DNA from: Curvularia clavata
Lineage: Eukaryota
DNA length: 64,000 nucleotides
Assembly: GCA_023920165.1 (NCBI GenBank)
Contig: CP089280.1
Span: 310,001-374,000, forward strand
Direction of reading: 5' to 3'
The notes under the pieces are model-generated. The model was given only the letters and a program-made list of their open reading frames with translations. It had not been told where the DNA came from and made no database searches. Below are positions 40,697 through 53,304 of this stretch, piece after piece; the stretch's first letter is position 1; each line of letters opens with the position of its first letter. The translations under genes were made by a program, and so were the position numbers.

Positions 40697-43204
40697 GTTG
40701 AGCTGACAAGGATTGGTTAAGAGGCTGTGGATGGGTGGTGCAGTGGTGTGGTGGTACAAGAGATCCACAAATGAGAAAAAGGTGGCAAAGGTGAGAACTA
40801 GACGACAAAGCGGGCAAGGCAGATAAGTGGTGCTTTTGATATGTGGGTTGAACGCTGAGTTTAGTAGTATGCAGGTGCGCGACCGTCAGTTGATGTTATA
40901 GTCGGAGACGAGCAGCCAGAGCAGATGGAGAGGTAATCAGGTACCCGTGGTAAGACTTCTAGCCCATGTCAAATAAGAACCTAGTACGGAAACATGAGTG
41001 ACATGCATCCTCGAGGCGGACATGGATTCGGAGCGGGACCGGGTTCGCTCATGGGGGTGGTCGAGCCTTTGGCGCCATACATAGACTAGGTGGGACCAGC
41101 CCATGTTTGAAGAGTAAGTCAGGCTTGAGCGAAAGCTTGCAGCCCAATTCGGACGTCGAGCGGATCAACGGGATGTGCCCATGCCTTGTCCAGGGAGATA
41201 AGATGGATGCGTAATGAACGTTGGTTTGACTTCCAGGGGGTCATGGCCAGCGGAACGGCCGAGTAGGGCTCTGAGTGGCAAGGACAGGCCTACCTAGCAT
41301 TTGCACTAAGTTCACAGCCATCAGACGCGCGCACAGGTCAGGGTTGATCTACAAGACTACGTTCCACGACAAAGGTGGTCCGTGGGAGGCCTGCAGCCGT
41401 TGGAGTAACCCTGGCTCTACAGATGGTAGACAAGAGTAAGCTTTGGGGCTAGGGTCACGCTTTTTCGCACATCTGGTAGGTCGCCCCAAAGCACAACGTC
41501 TAGTGTTGATGAAGCGGCACTTCTGCCATTGCCAACACGACGCGTTTGCTGTATCGTGGCGCCTGTTTCATCTTGGAGCTCGAGTACTTGGCCATACCGC
41601 AACTCACCGATTTTCGTCTTCCATGCTTACTGGCCCGCTTCCCCGGTTCCCAATTTGCATCGCGAGAGCATCCGGAGGTCAGGCGTTGCGCAATCGCTAT
41701 TTGCCGCTCCGCCCTACGGCACGTACGGTTATGTGTGACAAAGGTCCAACGGCGTGTTTGGGCCCCCACCTGTCGGCCTCACTTTGCTTTCTGTGTGCAA
41801 AATAGAGCGTATAGTCGCGAAATGACGCCCTCTACAGAGACCATTGGTGCTCAGTACTTCCGGGTGTCAACGGGAGCTAGATCAGTGCCATGTGACGCCG
41901 CGTACATGGACGTTTCTCCCTCCCTCTTCCCCGTCCTGTCGCGTACACGTGCGCATTACTCTTGGTCTTGTAATCCTTCTACTCAGAAGTAATCGCACTG
42001 TATACCGCATTCCTTCGACTTGGGCCCACTCCACCATCTCGTCCATCTACTTGCGCAGAGGGGCTCCAAGGAGACTCGAAGCACACCACGACTTATCGCA
42101 GGGTTGTTGACAAAGTGAGGCGCAATTTGCGCAGACTTCATAGGAACACGTCGTTGAGGCTATTTCGCCTGGAAGCGCCTTAATGCTGGGTTACATACAA
42201 ATGTATGGATGTTGACCAGGCACTCGGTAGATTAACTAGGTCCGCGGAAAGAAGCGAAGTACATACTACAAGGCATTCCTCGGTTCGAATGGTGGGCCTG
42301 CTGCAGGAGGTAGATAAAAGGGTAAAATGCTCCGTCTATGGTTGTGTGGGCCTTGGAATAAGGCCCTTGGATGTATGTAGAAGCAACACGACTGGTCTGG
42401 TAGGATGGTATTCTGGGGACTTGGTCGTTTTACCTCCATATTACTGGCTGGTGATCGGGCGTAGCACCTGCGTAGTTGTCATTTTAAAAGCAGGAGGCAG
42501 ATTTGGGGCCGGTTTGCCTAGACAAGGAAAGGGAGTCCGAATACGCCCCACTGACCACGTGCGGTCTCCGTCCCATGTCAGGGCTGGACCTCACCAACTT
42601 ATGGGTGTAAAAAAGATGCCGAGCCAATGCAGCAGCGAGAAAACATTCTTGCGGGCCGACATGAGAGTAGTACACAAAGTTGGCCTCTACCTGCCATTTC
42701 TGCATTTGCCTGACCATGGTGTGAGACAATGTAGACTGCATTAAGCGATATGCGCAACCTCAAACATATTCACGGCTTGGCAGACAAATTGGAGACACAT
42801 GATTGGTGCTCTGAGCGAAATTCCATCCCGCATGTAGGTGATTAAGTGCTTTTTTTTTTGACCAAAAACCTGGCACAGTTCAGGCTGAACATAAGGCATG
42901 CACGTCAACAACGCCAATGCCATGTAATACACCTATCTGGGCTGTCCGATCCTGATTTCTTGGATTATGGTTGCCACGCGGTGCTTGCATCTCTGGTAAC
43001 AATAGAGACAGCTATAGCACTGCATCTGACCTTACATGTTTCCAGGGGTCATCATCACACCCACAGTCAACCTTTAGTACGAGGATCCACATGCTAGTGT
43101 GGTGCTGATGAATGGAATCAGAACTGCCATCTCTGTGTTAGCCGTAAGAGAGATATGCATCAGATAGTTTACGGATATAAATTAGTCTTCAATATACATG
43201 CAAA

Positions 43205-45178
<1,974 letters not shown>

Positions 45179-46604
45179 CTAATTGCAATTGTATGCGCGA
45201 CTCGTTCTTTTAATGCTGCGAGTTTTTCCGTCCGCGGTCCAAGTCGTGAGGTAAACGCGGCAGATGTGGTGGTTGCTTGTAGGGTATTGCTGTTTAGAAT
45301 TGGGTGTCGGCAACGGTTTTAGGCGCTGCTGAGGTGCGGAAGAATTCCTGACGAGGCCGATCAGGTCGCACGGTATACCGACTTGTTTGCGATATTCGGG
45401 GGTGAAGGTGTATTAGCTGTGGTGCGTGAAAAAGGGCCTGTTCTAGGGGCGCGCAGAGACGACAAGGTCGTGCGACAGAGAAGACCAAAGTAAAAGGGGT
45501 CAAGTTCACGGGTTGAAGGTGAAGTGGTAAAGGGACGATCGCAAAGAGAGCATCGTAGGATATCGGAGAGCTCGGTGGTTAATCGGCAGTCTACGGGGTC
45601 AAGACACGTCCTTGGGTGTGCGGTGTCTGCCGTATGACGCTCGAAGAGGGGTGGTTTTGGCTTTAAAGCGGGGGAGGGGAAGAGCTCCACAGCCAACAAC
45701 ACGGCTGCAAAGATGCCCAGGCTTGTCACATGGAGCCTCAAATCTTTCAGCCTCCCCCGAGGTCGAGAGGCAAGCCGTTAATCGCCTTCGGAATCGTCGA
45801 TCAAGCCGACGGCTAGCAAAACTAGACCTTTTGCCCGGCAACCCATCCGCGCGTATGTCAGTGTGACTTCACATACAGCGGGTCGCTCGACCAACAACTC
45901 CACATGCATTCGCGCCGTCCTTTTTCTCCAGTGGGACCTCCAGTGGGACACCCGCGAATCCACCTAGAGCCTCATCAAGCAGCCGGCAACTCCAGGGCGC
46001 TCCCTGCCTGTTTGGTGGTATACATAAGTAGGCCCCAGACTCAGCCCGAGTTTCGGCTTTTGATATACCACCAGAGCGCTGTGCCCAGCCCTCGACGCGG
46101 CTTGACAAGTCCCAACATGTCACCGCGACGTCGGGAAAGGGCGATTGCTTTTTCCATGATGACTCGCCATTGGGCTGTGCCACATATTCCGCATCGCAGA
46201 GAAAAGGAATGATCTTCTTGGTAGAGGGTCCTTAGCGTGAGGACATGACTGCGCACACCGTGTTCAAACCTCAGTCGCACTTTTTTTTCATCCAGGACAT
46301 CACCACAACCATGGTATTTTCACAAGTGCCACAGTCTCCCACGGAAGGATTGGCGCCGAGCACAAGAGCCGCTTCGAGACCGATGGCTATCACGTCGGAT
46401 GTAGGCAGGATGTTTAACGATATAAAGTAACGTCTCCGCAATCGGTGGAGCAGAGTGGAGTGGACTCGTAATGTCAGAAACTCAAACCTTGGGGGTGGCT
46501 GGAAGGCGAACTAGCACGTGATATCCACATTCGGTAGTTCCCGAAGACTCTAGAACTCCATTCCACCCAAAAAACCACCACCACCCCACTTCATATCGCC
46601 TGTC

Positions 46605-47372
46605 ATGGCTCTATCACTGCTGCCCAAGGAGCTTCGCCTGCAGATCTGGGCCCTCGCATACTTCAATGAGCCGCCTCGGCTAGTGGCGCTGGAAACGAAA
46701 CCACACAATGAAGGACACGACGAGCAGCACTTTTGCCCACGCTACAGCCCCAGCCCGGCCCCCACAGTAGTGAACCTGTGCCGAGAATCGCGTGGGGAAG
46801 CTCATTATCAGGCCACCAAGGCGAACCACATTGTCAAGCTCCCCACTGGTCTTGCGGGCATCCGTTGTGACCAATTTTATTTCCGTGTTGAGACAGACAT
46901 ACTCTTGGTCCAGCTTGAAGGACCACGTGTAAAACACTACGACGATTCACCAGAAGTGGGACTGTTGGCGCACTTTCACGTTGCGACTGGTTGCGTCCCG
47001 ACCATGTTGAAAACCATTGCAGTAACAAAAGTTGTTTTGAACGGCTTCCGAGACGGCAGTCTCTCTAACGTCCTGCGGGATTTCCCACACATCTCACGCA
47101 TGGTTATGATGCTCACAGAAGAAACCTTCGACAATGAAACGCAGAAAGAGCTCTTCGTTCGTGCGGCTGCAAGAATAGTGCGCATGTACAAAATTGATCT
47201 CATGAACCATGCTCGTAGCCAAGGCGAGACGTACAGAGCACACCCCTTCGATGTGGATTTTGCAAGACTGCGCCATGGGCGCCTAGATATCGTCCCGAAA
47301 GACGTGTGGAGAGAGTGGAGCGACGGAGGTGATGGCTGGGCAACCCTGGACAATTCTGAGCCCTTTTGGTAA
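46605..47372 (+). CDS. 2EXR-domain protein
   Basis: N-terminal LPKELRLQIW, P.VVNLCRESR.EA and FYFRVETDILL pattern; 255-aa intronless ORF. Confidence 0.75.
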   Translation: MALSLLPKELRLQIWALAYFNEPPRLVALETKPHNEGHDEQHFCPRYSPSPAPTVVNLCRESRGEAHYQATKANHIVKLPTGLAGIRCDQFYFRVETDILLVQLEGPRVKHYDDSPEVGLLAHFHVATGCVPTMLKTIAVTKVVLNGFRDGSLSNVLRDFPHISRMVMMLTEETFDNETQKELFVRAAARIVRMYKIDLMNHARSQGETYRAHPFDVDFARLRHGRLDIVPKDVWREWSDGGDGWATLDNSEPFW

Positions 47373-47420
47373 CATGTGGAGTGCAGTATGTATCTACTAC
47401 TGCTAGATCGCGCATATACA

Positions 47421-48499
47421 CTAGGGAACTTCGTTGTATATCCGATCGCCCTCCTTTGGTAAAGCCAAGAAGTCAGTTGGGGTACTTTCTGCGTTTGGTA
47501 ACTGGTGCTTTTCTGCCCACTCTCTAATAGCATCAAAGTTACGACAAGTGTGAACAGTATTGAAATCGACAAAGGCCTGCAAAAATTCACCAGGAGGCTG
47601 GTACCAGACCTGGCCAAGGACACTGACATCCACTACACACATGAGTTGCTGGCGCAGTGTATCGAGGCAATGGGCTAAATCGCTATGAGTTGTATGAATT
47701 GCTGTAGAAGCGTGCAGTTTCACTCACTGACGTGATGCTTTAGGATATTCGCGTCGTTTGCGAAAGGACCCACACCCTGCTTCTTATAGTAGTCGATGTT
47801 CCAAGCTAAAGATTTGCGCAGCAGGTTCTAGTCGAAAATTAGTCCAGACTAGTAAGGATGCACAACGGAACACACCAAGCAATGTAGATGATGCAACCCT
47901 TCCACGTTTGCAGGATATCCACCGCCGTACTCTTCCTTAATCTTAACTTGGTCTGGAGCAAGGCCAGAACGCTGGGCTTCTTCTACTGGTATCCTTGCCG
48001 CATGATCTGTGCTGAAGCTCAACATTTGGTACTTCTTTAAACCGAGTGCGTACCTTACAATCTACGCCCAACGCCTTCCACGCCGCGTCTACTTCAGGAC
48101 CGGCATCCAGCCGGTACTTATTGGGCTTCAGTAACGAGCCATTGAATTGTACCTGGTGGTATGTAATACCAACGTCGTGTATGATTGGAGCTAACAACGT
48201 CAGCAGAGTATTTCAACAACCGGCCTTCTAAACGTACAGTACTTCGAAGTATGCCTCGCACAGAGTAAATCAATGTCTGACTGTTGGGCCTTGACTAGCA
48301 ATCCTCCAAGCAGTGCAGAAAATACTGCTGTGAAGCAAATAATCATAGTGGCTTGCTTCCACGATAGACCTCTTGACGCTGGCTGCGTTGGCCATGAGTC
48401 GAGTGACGATCGATCGCTCCCTGCGAGGAGTTTCTCACAGTCCTCTGCGTCTGTTTCATTCTTCGGATTGGAGTGTTTTCTGGAGCTAAAACCAACCAT
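47421..48499 (-). CDS. DUF3328/UstYa-family oxidase
   Basis: Five exons: 48499-48238, 48190-48059, 48006-47876, 47827-47728, 47674-47421, all GT-AG and in frame. N-terminal TM helix, PEVDAAW, VEGLHHLHCLNLLRK, HVTHCLDTLRQQLMC.VD, H.CRNFDAIREWA. Alternative ATG at 48541. Confidence 0.9.
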
Positions 48500-49804
48500 G
48501 TTGCTGAAGTTGGTGGACGCAGAGCTTGCATGCGTGAACATTAAGGACGAAGCAGTAATAGAATATGGAAATCACCAAACTAGAAATGTCCAAAACAACT
48601 ATTTGCCTCGTTAACATATTTGCAGGCAGAACACATGAATATTATTTTTCCCAAAATATTTTTCTACTCCTCTCCAGTTACCCCGCAGAAGCTGAACACG
48701 ACTGACGAGGCACCGTCCACTCGCGATCGCTGGTGGCGCATAGGGCTGGATTGGTCTTGGCGACATTTCTGTATTCTATCGTATGATTCTTGGTACTCTA
48801 GTTTTAAACGCCACGCTGATTCTCGATTAAGCGAAAAGGGATGTCTGTAATTGGTAAACTTGAGCCGTGTCAGTGCCATTGACGCACTACTACACATGCA
48901 TGGACTGATTAGGACAATGAATTATAATCAAAACCACATGAGAAACACTTCATAAAGGAGAGCGATGTGTTCATTTAGAGTATGAGTCTTATTAATAACT
49001 CACTGAGCAATATCTGAAGTCGTCCAGCATTGAACTACACCACATGTGCTCCTCTTCATCACAATAAATGACCCGGCTAGTTCACAATGGGCGCATATAG
49101 GACAACAACCGAAAGCCATACGCCACCATGTACCAACATAAAGAAAAGTATCTCATTGGGCGCCACATACCTTCAGCTCTCATCCAGAGCGTGGTCTTCC
49201 ATGTTGGCAATGGTACTTTGCACGGCCAGTAGACAGTAGGTGGCGACGTTGATCCTGACAAGTAACATTAGGCACTGAGTTCTAGTGCAGCCATTTCCTG
49301 GGCATGCGATCTAGATTCGATTCGTAAGAAACCCCAGATATAGACATTGGTTCGTTGAAAGCTAGAAGTGCAGGGATCTATGAGTCCATTTGACCTTCAT
49401 TCGCCGCGCAAAATACAATTGCTGGCACGAATGTACCTCTTTGGCTCCAAGACCCCTCTCGAACCGCCACCATCGATACTTTGTAAACTTCTCCACAGAC
49501 GCCACATGCTTGGCTAAAGCCTACTGTAGTGAGGGCTGACCTACGATCAACCCATGAGTGCAATCTACGCGGTGATCAGTGACTCTTCGAGGACTAGCTC
49601 AAAGGTCGGCTTTGAAGCTGAAACTAATCAAGCTTGTTGAATGACACCTTGGTTGTAAGCGAAAATCACTGTCCGCTTCTAGGGTCTCATTTGTGTATAT
49701 AACGAGCCTCTCCGACTGTGCTGACTTGTACCATTATCTGCTTAACTGAATCCTCTATCGTATTGCATAACTCAACGACAGCGCATATAAAGACTACCAC
49801 AACC

Positions 49805-50054
49805 ATGAAGTGCATTCTTTCCCTAGTTGCTCTCGCATCGTGCGCTCTCGCGGCGCCGGCCGCTCAGCCTGTTGCTGAGCCTGCCGCTCGGCCCGGTTAC
49901 AATGGCTATGGTAAGTAGCCAATCCCGTAGCTACACCCGGACCCCGTCATATCCGGAATTTTTCACTGACAACCATTCAGGCAAATACGGATCATATGGC
50001 TCTTACCCGCCTCCGCCAGGTGGGTATGGTAGCTACGGCGCTTACAAGGAATGA
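49805..50054 (+). CDS. 59-aa secreted Tyr/Gly-rich peptide, candidate RiPP precursor: MKCILSLVALASCALAAPAAQPVAEPAARPGYNGYGKYGSYGSYPPPPGGYGSYGAYKE
   Basis: TATATAA at 49696, ACCATG start, signal peptide. Intron 49911..49980 (GTAAGT...CTGAC...CAG) joins two YGx-repeat exons in frame. Confidence 0.8.
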
Positions 50055-50800
50055 GCTCTCGTAGGATATGAAGCCTAGACGCGCGATTAAGGAGCGTAGG
50101 GAATGAGGTCGGATCAATGGCAAGCAGCCATGTATCAGACGCTAAAATAATGTGAAACAGTAACGAAAATGTCAAATATTTGTCTTCAAGCATGTCTAAG
50201 ACATAACATTGGTTGAAACCACGTGTGATAATGGTATACAATTGTGGAAATATCTTACCGGGGTGCAAGGAAATTTACCGATCCACAATCTTCATGCTTC
50301 ACAGAAGGGGGTCTTGGTAGTATAATAACCCTGGGCTGTATCATCCAAGACAAGACTACGGTACCGTGCGAAAAAAAAACGGGTTCGGGTTTAGTAGCAG
50401 CCTAAAAATGCCCAATCCTAAAGCCGATGCCCATTGTCATATAACACATGGCTAAAACCAGCTCTCTACAAATAATGCATGCTCATTGCACAGTCATAGC
50501 CAACCCGTCCAATAATGCTTCTACCAGTTCAAGAGACGAATATAGAATTATTTGAGCAAAGCTGTTTCTCCAGCCAATCACACTAAAACACAATAACTCA
50601 GAGTTTCCAAACTGAGAAGAAGCAGTGATTCAAGCAGGCAAGTAGAAGGGCCATTGGCTTCAAGAACCCGAAACCAAACATACCTTGTGAACGTAATACA
50701 GGTCTTTGTAGCGTCTATTAGCAAAAAACTAATAGCACTAGCATGCCTCTTCCCGTCACTTGACATTTATGTGACTCTAAATGAAGTGCCAAAAACAAAA

Positions 50801-50919
50801 ACATACGACAGTGGGGATTCGCCAGTGGTCACCCACCTGACTACTAGCCCACCGGTCGAAGGATTAACGTGCGGGGATCGAACGGGACCCAGTTGGAAAC
50901 TTCGCCTATGGTCGTATGT
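50801..50919 (-). rRNA. Dispersed 5S rRNA gene, divergent variant
   Basis: 119 nt, ACATACGACCATAG...TAGTAGTCAGGTGGGTGACCACTGGCGAATCCCCACTGTCGTATGT, followed by TTTTGTTTTT terminator. Terminal helix I pairs. Confidence 0.92.
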
Positions 50920-53055
50920 GCAAGGCATTCAGGTGAGTGACAATGTAAATCTCATCGTCCCAACGGATCAGACAAAGGAACAACTGCAAACATATCAACA
51001 CAGTACTGTAGAGCGCCCAGATACTCGCAAGAGACTGTCTTTCATAGCAGGTTTATCTTAAATTCTCTATTCATACGATTAACCAATGCAGCAAGCTGTG
51101 GTGTAGGAAGGTGGTGTCGGTGAAGGATACGTTCACGTGACCATTACAGAACTGGAGGCAACAAACGCTGGGGCCACCCAGAGAAATAGTTTAGTGATAT
51201 TTGTTTTAGCGAAATTTACTTGAATTTTCCCAGTCTACCTCAATCTGTTTGCGGCTGAATGTGTACCCTACATTACCGTGCTGCAATAGTTATGGTAACT
51301 CCAGCACAGCCATGTTACCCTGCCATCGATAAGTGTGCTATGTGCTTCCGCCATGCTGTTTTAGGTTTCTTGAAGCTCCAACATCGCCCGCAAGTCTGCA
51401 CAGCGCTGTCTGTTACCAGAAAAAGACGTATCATGTCACTCAATTAAGAACAGAAAGCAGCACGATGAGGCGCGAGGGTCCAGTCCAATTGAGTCCAAGC
51501 GAGGAGATAAACATTGGCGCATGGGGCTTAATCACGTAATGAAATCTCCGGCCAAGAAGTACATTGGGGGCCAAAGAAGGGGCCGCAGTCAGGGACCTCT
51601 CACAGGATGCCAGGATACCTGGATGAGACGGTAGCGACCGCGGCAAGATCACAAGGAGAGGTAAACAAAATGGACCCATCTGTAGGATCTGATCCAAAGA
51701 GCCGCAGATGAAATCTAGCAGGGCGGGTTCTCCACAGATACTGTATGCTAGCGCGTACTTAGCAGCCAATCGGCAGCCGAGTAATACACTTCATAGGTCC
51801 GCCCTGATCCAGTGCCGTGGTGTTAGTCTGCTAATAATACTTGTTGGAATCTTGTATACGAAAAATGCGAGACGCAGTATAAACTAGAGTGATAAATTAG
51901 CTCGTTTAAACAGAGATTGGGGGCCATGAATACAGCGAACCTAGTACGAGGGATCTTGTCTTCAGTATCACAGGAATTATTTCCAAAAATCGGTAAGAGC
52001 ACAAAGATAAGAGATTGCTGCTAGCCATTTCAACCAATTACTCGGCAGGATGGTGATCTCTAAAATCCTCACTAGCGATTCCGCCTGTGACGACAACAAT
52101 ACAAGTGTCTTCGAGGGTTTTTACTAGGTACCCCATACCGCCCCCAAGATCCAAGCCTTGCCAAGTCCCCGAGCTTGGCGGGCTGCGTAGTTAGCTGACC
52201 AATAAGAGGTATCCGCTCCGGGCATGGAATGTGGGTCATCGACTTGAGTACTGGTGGCCTGAAAATAGCGATAAATATGTTTTTCCAAAACACGACCAGA
52301 AGTACGATGGCAGCCTGGAGAGATTTTACAAGCTTAATTGTACGTCATTACAAACAAATCCCAATGATCTAGTATACGAAGACAGCTCTTACTTCTATAT
52401 AGGCATTGCCATGGTGCTCGAGAATAGGTACCATGACTCGACGAGCGCATCAGCCTTGTCCCGTTTTCACCTGCACAGATGGTACTTTTACGTGGCTGCG
52501 ATGACAGCCGGAACCAGCCCCTGATTAGAAACAACTCAGAGCTTAGCTTACTGTAAAGTTTCACGATATTAGGTTCAGGAAATGAACGGCACGGTCTGGA
52601 GCCTATCACCATCCAAGATTCTCTTCAGCTGATGATATGAACTGCCTCAAAGAGTACACCGACCATCTCTCGCTAACGTCAGTAACCGCTGTACCGCTGT
52701 AGGTGGCTGTATGAAGACCGAAGCCATCCCTCGAACAGGAAGTTCCGCGAGCTTCAGCTGAGACTATGCAGATGAAGTACCTTGACAAGCGCACCAACCT
52801 CATCACTATGCCTGTACGCGATGTGTGCCCCATGGGGGCTATTCTGTGAATAGCATCATCGTATCCCTCGACGGAGGATACGAACCACCTAATCTAAACA
52901 ACTCACCGGCTTGGATTAAGTATAAATATGCCAGGTAACTCCGATATTCGACCATCATCCTCACCTACTTCAACCTCATTGGCATCAACAGCCCTCACTA
53001 CCACATACACATTCATTAAACGGACCACTTAATCGATCACTTCACCAACACCGCC

Positions 53056-53304
53056 ATGAAGCTCACTCTCATCCTCGCTACCCTCGCCGCCACTGTCCTC
53101 GCCGTCCCACACGCGAGCGACATTACCGCTGTCGAGGCGAGCCTTGATTCCCGCGCCGACAACTGCTTCCACGCCTCGCAATGTGCCACCTTCTGGACCG
53201 GCAAGTGCGAGAATCACTGCGGCTCCCGTGGCTTCTCCCACATGAGCCGTGACGGATGCAGCACGCTTAAGCTTCAGAAGAAGTGCTGCTGCATCAAGCC
53301 ATAA
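53056..53304 (+). CDS. Small secreted 8-Cys defensin-like/effector candidate
   Basis: TATAAA at 52921, GCCATG start, signal peptide, acidic propeptide ending LDSR, 49-aa mature region with CxxxC and terminal CCC. Confidence 0.85.
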   Translation: MKLTLILATLAATVLAVPHASDITAVEASLDSRADNCFHASQCATFWTGKCENHCGSRGFSHMSRDGCSTLKLQKKCCCIKP

